From NCBI GenBank assembly GCA_044220955.1, contig JBGAQA010000021.1, positions 22,783 to 86,782 of the forward strand: 64,000 bases of DNA, given 5' to 3'. Under the pieces are notes generated by a model. It was not told where the DNA came from. It saw nothing but the letters and a program-made list of their open reading frames with translations, and searched no databases. How positions within the stretch are numbered: position 1 is the first letter of the stretch; every line of letters begins with the position of its first letter. The position numbers and the translations under genes are program-made. The DNA comes from Sandaracinaceae bacterium (GTDB taxonomy: Bacteria > Myxococcota_A > Polyangia > Polyangiales > Sandaracinaceae). Below, piece by piece: positions 53,201 to 63,624 of this stretch.

Positions 53201-53525
53201 GCGGCACGATGACGCCGCCGCCGCCGCCGAAGATGCGCGTGTGCCGGGCGCCGAGCGCGTCGAGCCGCTCGCGCAGGTAGAGGAAGTACTCGACGTGGCC
53301 GCCCTGGTAGCTGGTGAGCGCGACGCCCTGCGCGTCCTCCTGCACCGCGGCGTTCGCGACCTCCTCCACCGAGCGGTTGTGCCCGAGGTGGATCACCTCG
53401 CAGCCGCTCGCCTGCAGGATGCGCCGCATGACGTTGATGGACGCGTCGTGCCCGTCGAAGAGCGCCGCGGCGCTCACGATGCGGACGGGGTTCTTCGGGA
53501 CGTAGGGCAGGTTCGGCTCGGACAT
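50238..53525 (-). CDS. icmF: Fused isobutyryl-CoA mutase / MeaB-type GTPase (B12-dependent)
   Basis: B12 domain FDGHDASINVMRR; GTPase GTGGAGKSSL, DRIRMN, ETAGIGQ; mutase TRMFAGEG, RLSTAFD, YHIQTSGRSLH. Confidence 0.93.
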   Translation of the reverse strand: MSEPNLPYVPKNPVRIVSAAALFDGHDASINVMRRILQASGCEVIHLGHNRSVEEVANAAVQEDAQGVALTSYQGGHVEYFLYLRERLDALGARHTRIFGGGGGVIVPREIDHLHARGIDRVFSPEDGRSLGLQGMIDLVVKGCDFAVDAPLEGEGWMPLGRLLTRVENGKVDAASLALPARRPPIIGLTGTGGAGKSSLTDELVRRFVTDFPDKKVAVLCIDPTKKKTGGALLGDRIRMNSLASARAYMRSMATRGSGSEVSAGAKGVLRAMQSAGFDLIFVETAGIGQGDSAILELASTSVYVMTAEYGAASQLEKIEMLDHADFVVINKFTRRGSEDALRDVRRQVARSRKLVDAKPESLMVFGTSAAHFNDAGVNALYAHLVKHVSERGGLGWVSRHEAGAVRATDGHGDIVPTGRERYLSQISEACRGYDAWARAQAEIAADVDALTRAAAVAPEAAGELRARAADLAAGLDPGNAELLAHWDAWAANYRTPKFAYQVRGKKVEVDNFRASLSDLSVPKVALPRLRGAGDRLRFRLKENVPGEFPYTAGTFPFKRTGEDPTRMFAGEGPSERTNQRFHLLAAGQPAARLSTAFDSITLYGEDPDERPDIFGKIGESGVSIATVEEAEQLYAGFDLCNPATSVSMTINGPAPTVLAFFVQTAVRQQTRLWLREKGELAITREQALGPDRARGARWHDVRAMISDADFAAVRANTLRQIRGTVQADILKEDQGQNTCIFSTEFALRMMGDVQQFFIDHDVRNFYSVSISGYHIAEAGANPIHQLAFTLANGFTYVEYYRSRGMDVNAFAPNLSFFFSNGMDAEYTVLGRVARRIWAVAMKRLYGADARSQMLKYHIQTSGRSLHAMEIQFNDIRTTLQALLATYDNAQSLHTNAYDEAITTPTEESVRRALAIQQIINKEFGMVWNENATQGSFFVEELTDLVEEAVLSEFDRLTDRGGVLGAMERQYQRGAIQDDSMKYERMKHSGELPIVGVNTFLAKAVSGGKGGEASIPRDVALSRASEAEKNTCIARLRAFHAEHAEAAPAMLARLERACLSGENGFAALLDAVEHCSLGQITRRLYAVGGEYRRNL

Positions 53526-53612
53526 GCGAATGCCGGACTTTCGCATCGTTCCGGCCCGGAGGCAGCGGGGCAACGCACGCCACGGGCCGGGCGAGGTATC
53601 GTCGCCCTACCC

Positions 53613-54506
53613 ATGAAGCGAATCCTCAAGACGCTCGGTGTCGTCCTGCTCTCGCTGGCCGTCGCCGCGCTCATCACCGCCGGCGCGATGATCCAGTCGA
53701 GCCGCAGCTCGCTCGGCCGCGAGTACCACGCGAGCGGGGTCGCGATGGCGCTCCCGACCGACGAGGCGGCCCTCGCGGACGGGCACCGGATGTACCGCGC
53801 GTACGGGTGCGTGAGCTGCCACCTCGAGGACGGCGGGGGGCGCGTCGTGATCCCCGACGGGATCGGCCACGTCGTGGCGCCGGACCTCACGGCGGCCATC
53901 CGCGGCTGGTCGGTCGAGGATCTCGACCGCCTGATTCGCCACGGGATCCGACCCTCCGGGGCGCCCGTGCTGCTCATGCCGGCGCACGACTACTGGTACC
54001 TCGACGACGAGACGGTCGCGCGGATCATCGCGTATGCGCGCACGCTGCCGCCGACCGGGCGGAGCTACGGGCCGAGCTCGCTCTCGCTGCTCGGCCACTT
54101 CCTGCACGCGATCGACGCCTTCCCGATCGTCCCCGCCGAGCACGTCGATCACGGCGCGCGGCGCCCCCCGATGGGGGCGCCCGGCTCGATCGAGCTCGGG
54201 CGCACGCTCGGCCGCATGTGCACGGGCTGCCACGGGGACCACCTCTCGGGCGGAGTCATCCCCGGCACCGATCCCGCGCAGCTCGGGACGCCCGAGAACC
54301 TCACGCCCGACGCGACGGGCCTCCTGGACTGGACGGAGGATGACTTCCGCGCAGCGCTGCGGACCGGCGTCGAGCCGGGCGGCGAGGCGATCAACCCGCT
54401 CTGGATGCCCTGGCAGGACTGCTACCAGTACCTGACCGACGACGAGATCCACTCGCTCTGGCTCTTCCTGCGCGAGCTCCCGCCCACGCCCTTCGGGCAG
54501 CGCTGA
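53613..54506 (+). CDS. Membrane-anchored di-heme cytochrome c
   Basis: N-terminal TM; CVSCH and CTGCH, each followed by a distal MP motif. Confidence 0.88.
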   Translation: MKRILKTLGVVLLSLAVAALITAGAMIQSSRSSLGREYHASGVAMALPTDEAALADGHRMYRAYGCVSCHLEDGGGRVVIPDGIGHVVAPDLTAAIRGWSVEDLDRLIRHGIRPSGAPVLLMPAHDYWYLDDETVARIIAYARTLPPTGRSYGPSSLSLLGHFLHAIDAFPIVPAEHVDHGARRPPMGAPGSIELGRTLGRMCTGCHGDHLSGGVIPGTDPAQLGTPENLTPDATGLLDWTEDDFRAALRTGVEPGGEAINPLWMPWQDCYQYLTDDEIHSLWLFLRELPPTPFGQR

Positions 54507-54518
54507 TATCCTCGGCCC

Positions 54519-55469
54519 GTGGCGACACCGTCCGTGATCCCCGGGCCTCCGACGCTCACGCGCACGCTGCTCGGGCAGCCGGAGATCGCGGCGATCACGC
54601 GCGTGGTCGCGGGCGAAGCGGGGCTCGATCGCGGCATCACGCAGCCGCGGATCCAGAAGTCCGGGCTGGTCCTCGCCGGGCACGCGCAGGGGATCATCTC
54701 GAGCCGCGTGCAGGTTCTCGGCGAGACGGAGCTCTCGTACCTCGAGACGCTCGACGTACCGATGCAGCTCGCGCGCGCGCGCGGGATGTTCGCCCTCGAT
54801 CTCTCATGCGTGCTCGTCACCCGCGGCGTCGAGCCGCCGGCCGCACTCGTCACCGCCGCGACCGAGACGGGCACGCCCCTCGTCGTGAGCACGCTCCGGT
54901 CGTCGACGACGATCCAGCTCGTCCACGAGGCGCTCGATCGCATCCTCGCGCCGCGCATGCGCGTGCACGGCGTGCTGGTCGAGGTGCACGGCCTGGGGAT
55001 CCTGCTCACGGGCAAGAGCGGGATCGGCAAGAGCGAATGCGCGCTCTTCCTCGTCGAGCGCGGCCACCGCTTCGTCGCCGACGACGCGGTCGATCTCGTG
55101 CGCACCCACGGCGACGTCGTCCGCGGCAGCTCGCCGCCCGCGCTGCGGCACCACCTCGAGATCCGGGGCCTCGGCGTGCTGAACGTGCGCGATCTCTTCG
55201 GCGCGACGGCCGTGCGGGAGGCGGTGCCCGTCGACCTCGTCGTCGAGCTCGCTCGCTTCGACAGCGCGGACGACGACGATCGCCTCGGCCTCGAGGACCG
55301 CACGCGCGACATGCTCGGCGTCGCCATCCCCACCCTGCGGATCCCCGTCCGCGAGGGGCGCGACATGGGCGTGCTGCTCGAGGTCGCGGCGCGCAACCAG
55401 CTGCTGAAGAAGAGCGGGGTGCACGGCGCGCGGGCGTTCGTCGAGCGCCTCGCCAACGACGGGGGCTGA
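54519..55469 (+). CDS. hprK: HPr kinase/phosphorylase
   Basis: RVQVLGETE, HGVLV, GKSGIGKSE, ADD, EIRGLG. Confidence 0.95.
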   Translation: MATPSVIPGPPTLTRTLLGQPEIAAITRVVAGEAGLDRGITQPRIQKSGLVLAGHAQGIISSRVQVLGETELSYLETLDVPMQLARARGMFALDLSCVLVTRGVEPPAALVTAATETGTPLVVSTLRSSTTIQLVHEALDRILAPRMRVHGVLVEVHGLGILLTGKSGIGKSECALFLVERGHRFVADDAVDLVRTHGDVVRGSSPPALRHHLEIRGLGVLNVRDLFGATAVREAVPVDLVVELARFDSADDDDRLGLEDRTRDMLGVAIPTLRIPVREGRDMGVLLEVAARNQLLKKSGVHGARAFVERLANDGG

Positions 55470-55486
55470 TACTCTCCGAGTCGGAC

Positions 55487-56341
55487 GTGGCCGAGCAGCT
55501 CCACATCGTGGTGGTGACCGGGATGAGCGGCGCGGGGCGCACGAGCGCGCTGCGCGTGCTCGAGGATCTCGGCTTCTTCTGCGTGGACAACCTCCCGCCC
55601 AAGCTCGCCCCCGCCGTCGTGAGCGAGATCGGCGGCGACCTCGACCGGATCGGGTTCGGGATCGACGTGCGCACGGGGAGCTTCCTCGAGGGCGCCGGCA
55701 AGGCGCTCGACGAGCTGGCGGCGAGCGGGCACGACGTCGAGGTGCTCTTCCTCGACTGCGCCGACGACGCGCTCGTCCGCCGCTACAGCGAGACGCGACG
55801 CCCGCACCCCCTCGCGCCCGGCGGCGACGTCATGGAGGCGATCGCCCGCGAGCGGGAGCGGCTCTCGCCGCTGCGGATGCGCGCGCGCCACGTGATCGAC
55901 ACGTCGCGCCTCTCCGTCCACGACCTGCGGCGCGTGCTCGTCGAGCACATCGCGCGCGAGGGCGAGCGCCCCCAGATGCGGATCCGATTCGTGTCGTTCG
56001 GGTTCAAGTTCGGCCTGCCCGTGGACGCCGATCTGGTCTTCGACGTGCGCTTCCTGCCCAACCCGCACTTCGTCCCGGATCTGAAGCCACTGACCGGGCT
56101 CGACGCTCCCGTGGCCGACTACGTCCTGCGCGCGGCCGAGACGCGCGAGCTGCTCGACGACGTGACGCGCCTGCTCGAGCGCACGCTCCCGCGCTACGAA
56201 CGGGAAGGGAAGGCGTACCTCACCGTCGCGATCGGCTGCACCGGCGGGCGCCACCGCTCGGTCGCGATCGCCGAGGAGCTCGCCCGCACGTTCCGAGCCC
56301 AGCGCAGCGTGCAGGTCTCGCACCGGGACGCGGGCCGTTGA
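55487..56341 (+). CDS. rapZ: RNase adapter RapZ / YvcJ-family NTPase
   Basis: TGMSGAGRT, CVDNLP, YSETRRPHP, SFGFKFG, DVRFLPNP, GCTGGRHRSV. Confidence 0.93.
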   Translation: MAEQLHIVVVTGMSGAGRTSALRVLEDLGFFCVDNLPPKLAPAVVSEIGGDLDRIGFGIDVRTGSFLEGAGKALDELAASGHDVEVLFLDCADDALVRRYSETRRPHPLAPGGDVMEAIARERERLSPLRMRARHVIDTSRLSVHDLRRVLVEHIAREGERPQMRIRFVSFGFKFGLPVDADLVFDVRFLPNPHFVPDLKPLTGLDAPVADYVLRAAETRELLDDVTRLLERTLPRYEREGKAYLTVAIGCTGGRHRSVAIAEELARTFRAQRSVQVSHRDAGR

Positions 56342-56351
56342 CGCGGGCACG

Positions 56352-56624
56352 ATGATCGCCACCGGGACCTTCGAGATCGTGAACCGCCTCGGGCTGCACG
56401 CCCGCGCCGCGACCAAGCTCGTCCAGCTCGCGTCGCGACACCGCGCCGACGTCGAGCTCGAGCTCGACGGGCAGCGCGCGAACGCGAAGTCCGTGATGGG
56501 CGTGCTCCTGCTCGCCTGCGGCATGGGATCGATGCTGATCGTGCGCGCGACGGGGCAGGACGCCGAGGACGCCGTCCGCGCGATCGGCGCGCTGATCGCG
56601 AGCCGGTTCGGCGAGGAGCAATGA
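56352..56624 (+). CDS. ptsH: Phosphocarrier protein HPr
   Basis: GLHARAA (His15) and NAKSVMG (Ser46). Confidence 0.95.
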   Translation: MIATGTFEIVNRLGLHARAATKLVQLASRHRADVELELDGQRANAKSVMGVLLLACGMGSMLIVRATGQDAEDAVRAIGALIASRFGEEQ

Positions 56625-56643
56625 GCGCTATCATCCGCGATCC

Positions 56644-58416
56644 ATGGGTGGGCCCGGGACGAGCGTTCTGCGCGGAGTGTCGGCGTCACCGGGCGTCGCG
56701 ATCGGCTCGGCGCTCGTCTTCGACCGCCGTCGCATCCTGATCCGGCCCGAGACGATCGAGCCGGCGGCCCGCGACGGCGAGCGCGCCAAGCTCGAAGCGG
56801 CGCTCGAGGAGTCCCGCCGGATCGTCGCCGCGGCCCGCGACAGCCTGCCCGAGGACGCGCTCGCCGATCACCGCCTCGTCCTCGAGTCGCACGTCCTCAT
56901 GCACAAGGACGAGCTCTTCGTCGGCGGCGCGCTGAACGCGATCGAGGAGGGCTCGAGCGCGGCGTTCGCGCTCCGCAAGACGGGCGACGCCATCGCCGCG
57001 CGCCTCCGCAGCGCGCAGGCGCCCTACCTGCGCGAGCGGGCGCGTGACGTCGAGGACGTGACCGACCACGTGCTCGGCGTGATGCTCGGTCGCCGCTCGG
57101 TCGTGCCCAAGGCCACCAAGAAGAGCGTGCTCGTCGCGCACGATCTCTCCCCCGCCGAGACCGCGCAGCTCGATCCTGAGGAGATCGTGGCCGTCGTGAC
57201 CGAGCACGGGAGCTCGACCAGCCACACGGCCGTGCTCGCGCGCGCGCTCCACATCCCGGCGGTGGTCGGCGTGGCCGGCCTCATGGCGAGCGTCGAGGGC
57301 GGGATGCGGATCATCGTCGACTCGCTCCGCGGCGAGGTCGTGCTCGAGCCCGACGACGAGGAGCAGAAGCGCGCGACGAGCCGCGCGCGCCGCTACCGCA
57401 CGTTCACCAAGCGCCTGCGCGAGCGCCGCACGCACACGAGCGAGACGCGCGACGGGATCCGCATCGAGCTCTCCGCCAACCTCGAGCTCGTGCGCGAGCT
57501 CGACGACACGATCGCTGCCGGCGCGGACGGCGTGGGGCTCTTCCGCACCGAGTTCCTCTACGCGGGGAAGGACCCGCCGGACGAGGAGGCGCAGCTCGCC
57601 GCCTTCCGCGAGCTCGCCGAGAAGATGGCGCCCCGGCCGGTGACGCTCCGCACCTTCGATCTCGGCGCCGACAAGCTCCCGGGCTTCTCGATCGCGCACT
57701 CCGCGGCGCTGCGCGGTCCGAACCCCGCCCTCGGGCTGCGCGGCATCCGGCTCGCGCTCGCTCGCCCGGAGCTCTTCCACACGCACCTGCGCGCGATCCT
57801 GCGGGCGAGCGTGTCGGGCAACGTCGAGGTGATGTTCCCGATGATCGCGACGGCCGGGGAGCTCTCGGCGGCGCGACGCGCGCTGGAGAGAGCCGCCGCG
57901 TCGCTCGAGGGCGCCGGCCTCGCGCACGGGACGCCGCGCGTCGGCGCGATGATCGAGGTGCCCTCGGCGGTCGTGACGATCGAGCACCTGCTCGACGATG
58001 CCGACTTCGTGTCGATCGGCACCAACGATCTCGCGCAGTACACGCTGGCGCTCGACCGCGAGGACCCGGCGCTCGGGCACCTGCGCGCGCCGCTCGAGCC
58101 AGCCGTGCTCGTGATGATCCGTGCGGTCCAGCGCGCCGCGACCCACGCGGAGAAGCCAGCCACCGTGTGTGGCGACCTCGCGGCGCACCCCTACGCCGTG
58201 CCCGTGCTCATCGGCCTCGGCCTGCGGCGGCTCTCCATGCCGCCCACCGACGTCCCCTACGTCCGCGAGCTGCTCTCGCTGCTCTCCCTCGCCGACTGCG
58301 AGGACGTCGCGCGCGACGCCGCTGCCGCCCGCTCGGCCTCCGAGGTCGAGGCCATCGTGATCACGAAGCTCGGGCCCAAGCTCAAGGTGTTGTGGCGCGA
58401 GCGGGGGTTCGAGTGA
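56644..58416 (+). CDS. ptsI: PEP-protein phosphotransferase (PTS enzyme I)
   Basis: TSHTAVLAR, GVGLFRTEF, NPALGLRGIR, MIEVP, SIGTNDL.QY. Confidence 0.93.
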   Translation: MGGPGTSVLRGVSASPGVAIGSALVFDRRRILIRPETIEPAARDGERAKLEAALEESRRIVAAARDSLPEDALADHRLVLESHVLMHKDELFVGGALNAIEEGSSAAFALRKTGDAIAARLRSAQAPYLRERARDVEDVTDHVLGVMLGRRSVVPKATKKSVLVAHDLSPAETAQLDPEEIVAVVTEHGSSTSHTAVLARALHIPAVVGVAGLMASVEGGMRIIVDSLRGEVVLEPDDEEQKRATSRARRYRTFTKRLRERRTHTSETRDGIRIELSANLELVRELDDTIAAGADGVGLFRTEFLYAGKDPPDEEAQLAAFRELAEKMAPRPVTLRTFDLGADKLPGFSIAHSAALRGPNPALGLRGIRLALARPELFHTHLRAILRASVSGNVEVMFPMIATAGELSAARRALERAAASLEGAGLAHGTPRVGAMIEVPSAVVTIEHLLDDADFVSIGTNDLAQYTLALDREDPALGHLRAPLEPAVLVMIRAVQRAATHAEKPATVCGDLAAHPYAVPVLIGLGLRRLSMPPTDVPYVRELLSLLSLADCEDVARDAAAARSASEVEAIVITKLGPKLKVLWRERGFE

Positions 58417-58440
58417 CGACCGGATGGTCGTGGCGGGCGC

Positions 58441-59892
<1,452 letters not shown>

Positions 59893-59959
59893 GGCAGCCG
59901 GCCGGGCATCGGCCGGAGCATACGACGCCTCGATCATCCAGCTCGACGCCTTTGGGCGA

Positions 59960-60829
59960 TCACGCGGCCCTCGGCATCGCCCGCCCGGAGAACATCACCT
60001 CGAGCCCCTCGCGCGCGGCGATGGTCCCGGGGCGGCGCGCCGCGGCCAGCCGCTCGATCGCCTCGACCTGCGCGTCGGTGCGGGCAGGGTCGTGGTGGAA
60101 GAGCACGAGCCGGTCGACGCCCGCCGCATCGGCGACGGCGCACCCAGCCTCCCAGGTGCTGTGACCCCAGCCCACCTTGGCCGGGCCGCTCCGGCCGGCG
60201 TACTCGTCCTCCGTGTACATCGCGTCGTAGATCAGGACGTCGGCGCCGCGCGCCAGCTCGACGAGGCGGTGATCGGTCCGCGCGTCGTGCTCGGTGTCGG
60301 TCGCGTACACGATCGCGCGGCCGCCCGTCTCGATGCGGTAGCCCACGACGCCGCCCGGGTGGTTCAGCGTCGCGACGCGCACCGTCGCCTCGGCCAGCGT
60401 CAGCACGTCGCCCGACTCCACCTCGCGAAAGGAGAGGTGGGAGCGCATGTCGGAGAGGCGCACGGGGAAGTGCGGCGGCTGCATCTGCAGCGAGAGCGAC
60501 GCCTCGAGGCCCAGCGCGGGCGTGCCGCTCGAGCGCGCCCCGACGATCTCGAGGTGCGACGCGGGCAGCCACGCCGGCACGAAGAACGGAAGCCCCTGGA
60601 TGTGGTCCCAGTGCAGGTGCGAGAGGAGCAGGTGCGCGCGCGTCCGCTGGCGCCGGACGAGGTCGTCGCCGAGCGCGCGGATCCCCGTGCCGGCGTCGAG
60701 CACGAGGATCTCGCCGCCCGCGGTCGCGATCTCGACGCAGCTGGTGTTGCCGCCGACCGCCGCCGTGTGCTCGCCGGGCGAGGCGATGCTGCCGCGTACA
60801 CCCCAGAAGCGGATCATGACGTGGTTCAT
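59960..60829 (-). CDS. MBL-fold metallo-hydrolase (RNase Z/phosphodiesterase-like)
   Basis: SD AGGAGG; FWGVRGS, GGNTSC, HLHWDH, HPGG, TDTEH, WGHS, FHHDP. Confidence 0.9.
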   Translation of the reverse strand: MNHVMIRFWGVRGSIASPGEHTAAVGGNTSCVEIATAGGEILVLDAGTGIRALGDDLVRRQRTRAHLLLSHLHWDHIQGLPFFVPAWLPASHLEIVGARSSGTPALGLEASLSLQMQPPHFPVRLSDMRSHLSFREVESGDVLTLAEATVRVATLNHPGGVVGYRIETGGRAIVYATDTEHDARTDHRLVELARGADVLIYDAMYTEDEYAGRSGPAKVGWGHSTWEAGCAVADAAGVDRLVLFHHDPARTDAQVEAIERLAAARRPGTIAAREGLEVMFSGRAMPRAA

Positions 60830-60876
60830 GGTGGCCTCCTCGCGCTGCGGCCTCGCGCATGCGCGCTCCCGTCGAG

Positions 60877-60893
60877 TGCGAAGCCCGTGCCGA
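60877..60893 (-). promoter_or_regulatory. Sigma54 -24/-12 promoter upstream of the MBL gene
   Basis: Minus strand TCGGCACGGGCTTCGCA (GGCACG-N4-TCGC; GG-N10-GC spacing). Confidence 0.65.
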
Positions 60894-61041
60894 CGCTCGT
60901 CTCGCGAAACCAGCCCTGATCGCGGCCGGCGCTCGCGCGGGGCCCGCTCCGCCAGGGTGCACGTGCGCTGGCGTGGAGCACCGAGCGTCGCGAGCAGGGG
61001 CCCTTTGCCCACCGCGGAAGGGCAGCTACCCTGCGCCCGCG

Positions 61042-61797
61042 ATGATCCTGCGCCTGCTGGGCCTGCCCGAGACGCCGACCAACCTGTTCCTCCTGCTCGT
61101 GATCGGCGGGATGGTCATGTACTTCTCGGTCAGCGGCCTGAGCTACATGATCTTCTTCGTCTGGGGGAAGAAGCGCTTCCACCCGACCTACGAGGCCAAG
61201 CCCGAGGTCCTGCGCGACCAGATGAAGTGGGGCGTCTACGGCGTCCTCGGCAACGCGGTGATGACCGCGCCGCTGCACTGGCTGATCGCCAACGGCTACA
61301 GCCAGGCGTACTGGGACCCGATGGAGCGGGGCCTGCCCTGGCTCGCCCTCTCGTTCCTCCTCTACCTGGCGTTCACCGAGACGTGCATCTACTGGATCCA
61401 CCGGGCGCTCCACGTGCCCTTCCTGTTCCGGTGGTTCCACAAGCCGCACCACAAGTGGCGCGCGACCACGAGCTGGGCGTCGATGGCGTTCCACCCGATG
61501 GACAGCTTCGCGCAGGCGCTCCCGCACCACCTGGCGCTCTTCCTCTTCCCCGTGAACGTCTACCTCTACCTGGTGATGCTGAGCTTCGTGATGCTCTGGT
61601 CGGTGCTGATCCACGACCGCGTCTCGTTCGTGAGGTGGAGCGCCATCAACTACACGGGGCACCACACGCTCCACCACTGGTACTTCACCTGCAACTACGG
61701 ACAGTTCTTCACGTTCTGGGACAAGCTCATGGGCACGTGGCGCGACCCCGAGGTCGCCGCCCACGACGGCTCGGTCCCCGACGGCCTCTTGCGCTGA
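61042..61797 (+). CDS. Sterol desaturase family protein (sterol C5-desaturase/ERG3-like)
   Basis: His boxes HRALH, HKPHH and HTLHH; AFHPMD, IHD, NYGQFFTFWD. Confidence 0.88.
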   Translation: MILRLLGLPETPTNLFLLLVIGGMVMYFSVSGLSYMIFFVWGKKRFHPTYEAKPEVLRDQMKWGVYGVLGNAVMTAPLHWLIANGYSQAYWDPMERGLPWLALSFLLYLAFTETCIYWIHRALHVPFLFRWFHKPHHKWRATTSWASMAFHPMDSFAQALPHHLALFLFPVNVYLYLVMLSFVMLWSVLIHDRVSFVRWSAINYTGHHTLHHWYFTCNYGQFFTFWDKLMGTWRDPEVAAHDGSVPDGLLR

Positions 61798-61816
61798 TCT
61801 CCAGCGCTCGCCCGCC

Positions 61817-62311
61817 TCAGGGCACGCACACCGGGTGACAGTAGCGGGGGCTGTCGACGGTGTCGCTCACGCAGACCTCCGCCATCCCGGCGCACTCCCG
61901 CGTCGGCGTGCATCGGCAGCGTCCGGCGTCGTCCGGGCAGTAGTCTCCGACCGCGCAGAACGCCTGCGAGCCGTGATCGACGCAGCGCGTGTACGCGACG
62001 CGCCCCCGCGCCTGCTGGGCGGTGCGCTCCTGGCAGATCGCCTCGAGCTCGGGCGTGCACGGCCCGGCGAAGCTCACGCTGCGTCGCGGGCACGGGCCGC
62101 CGTCCCACGACGCGACGTCCGGTGCGAGCGCTGCGTCGCGGCTCTCGGCCGCATCCGGCGTGCTGCCGGCATCGCGAAGGACCGCAGCGTCGGCCGGCCC
62201 CATGTCGAGCGCGCCCACGTCGAGCGTCGCGGCTCGCTCGTGGACCAGGGCGCAGCCGGCGAGCCCCGCGAGGATCGCGCTGCTCAGCGTCCGACGCAGG
62301 CCTCGGTGCAT
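61817..62311 (-). CDS. Cys-rich lipoprotein
   Basis: Lipobox LAGC; DAG-rich linker; C-terminal CRC...EVCVSDTVDSPRYCHPVC. Confidence 0.68.
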   Translation of the reverse strand: MHRGLRRTLSSAILAGLAGCALVHERAATLDVGALDMGPADAAVLRDAGSTPDAAESRDAALAPDVASWDGGPCPRRSVSFAGPCTPELEAICQERTAQQARGRVAYTRCVDHGSQAFCAVGDYCPDDAGRCRCTPTRECAGMAEVCVSDTVDSPRYCHPVCVP

Positions 62312-62724
62312 CGGGTCGGACCTCCCGGGGTGTCGGAGACGCAGACCTGTCCCGGCCCACACTCGAGGCTCTCGGCGCAGCGGCACCGCGTCACTCCGTC
62401 GGTGACGTAGCAATGCGCGACGCCCCTGGTGCATCGCGTCGACACGCACCGCGTGCTGATGATCGTCCCGGACGGCGCGGTGGCCTCGCCCCACGCCAGG
62501 CAGTCGGCGTCCGTGTTGCAATTCGGCGCCGTCGGAGAGCAGACGCCCGTGTCGACGAGTACGAAGTGGGCGTCCCAGCCCATGTCGAGGCCCACGTCGG
62601 CAAGCCAGGCGTCCCCGAGCCCGGCATCGATCTCGTGGGCGGCAGCGCACGAGCAGCCGCTCCAGAGCGACAGAAGCCCGATCAGTGCCGTCCAGCGGCG
62701 AGCGACGAGCGGCGACCGTCTCAC
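62284..62724 (-). CDS. Cys-rich lipoprotein, paralogue of the downstream gene
   Basis: Signal ending WSGC; DAG linker; CRC...QVCVSDTPGGPTRCTEAC; start uncertain. Confidence 0.65.
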   Translation of the reverse strand: MRRSPLVARRWTALIGLLSLWSGCSCAAAHEIDAGLGDAWLADVGLDMGWDAHFVLVDTGVCSPTAPNCNTDADCLAWGEATAPSGTIISTRCVSTRCTRGVAHCYVTDGVTRCRCAESLECGPGQVCVSDTPGGPTRCTEACVGR

Positions 62725-62794
62725 GGGTCCACCGAGCGAACACCCGCGCGCCTCTGCGCGTCGAGCGGTGCGTCGTCGGCCAAGGCGGACCGGC

Positions 62795-63214
62795 TCAGCT
62801 CGGCAGCCAGCGTGCGACGGCGGCCGCGAACTCCTCGAGGACGTCGAGCCCGCGCGGCAGCTCGGCCCACAGGCGCTGGTGGTCGATCGATGCATATCCG
62901 TGCGCGATCCGGTTGCGGACGCGCGTGATGCCCGCGAGCTCCGTCGCCATCTCGGACGTCACCACCGCGTGCGCCGCGAGCGCGGCGAAGCTCGCGGCGT
63001 GCGAGTCCGGCGTGCCCCAGCCCTCGTCGCTGGCGATGTGATAGGCGACGTCGACCGCCTCCTGGACGGCGACGAGCACGGCGAGCGCGAGCGCATCGCG
63101 CCGGTCCTCGTCACGCCTCATCTCTTCGGCCGTCGCCGGGCGCCGGCGGCGCGCCAGCGCGACGTACTCGCGGAGGCGCGCGAGCTTGTGCAGGACCAGC
63201 GGGGCGTCGGTCAT
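62795..63214 (-). CDS. hepT: HEPN (DUF86) RNase toxin
   Basis: RNRIAHGY fits RX4HXY; 4-nt overlap with the upstream MNT gene. Confidence 0.88.
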   Translation of the reverse strand: MTDAPLVLHKLARLREYVALARRRRPATAEEMRRDEDRRDALALAVLVAVQEAVDVAYHIASDEGWGTPDSHAASFAALAAHAVVTSEMATELAGITRVRNRIAHGYASIDHQRLWAELPRGLDVLEEFAAAVARWLPS

Positions 63215-63624
63215 CGCGCGGGCACCCCGCGCGCGAGGGCCGCACGGTAGCGGCGCTGCGCGTCCTCTTCGAGCTCGCGATCGAGGTCGTGAGCGATGGC
63301 GACGCGCGCCCGGAAGCGGATCGCCTCGTAGGGGGGATCCGATGTGAGGATCACGCCGTCGCGCGCGACTCTCCACTGGAGCGCGTGGCTCGCGGTGTCG
63401 AGCCGCACGAGATCCACGGGACGGCCGGCGGCGCGCTCCAGGCGCTCCGCGATCGCGACCTCGTCGGCGAGCGACATGGCCGGGTCGAACGGCACGACCC
63501 CGACGTCCACGTCGCTCTCGGGCGTCGCCGTTCCGCGCGCCGTCGATCCGAACAGAAACGCGAAGCGCAGCCGGGGCCCGGCGCGCAGCGCCTCACGGAG
63601 ACGGTCGAGGTCGACTGCGGACAC
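63211..63624 (-). CDS. mntA: Minimal nucleotidyltransferase antitoxin
   Basis: FGSTARGTATPESDVD fits GSX10DXD; VDLV. Confidence 0.88.
   Translation of the reverse strand: MSAVDLDRLREALRAGPRLRFAFLFGSTARGTATPESDVDVGVVPFDPAMSLADEVAIAERLERAAGRPVDLVRLDTASHALQWRVARDGVILTSDPPYEAIRFRARVAIAHDLDRELEEDAQRRYRAALARGVPAR

Noticed and set aside
53526..53612. Cobalamin riboswitch upstream of icmF
   Set aside because: Intergenic gap under 90 nt with no B12-box-like motifs
56621..56646. ATG overlapping the ptsH stop as the ptsI start, implying a frameshift
   Set aside because: It is out of frame by 23 nt, and the in-frame ATG at 56644 gives a complete EI N-terminus
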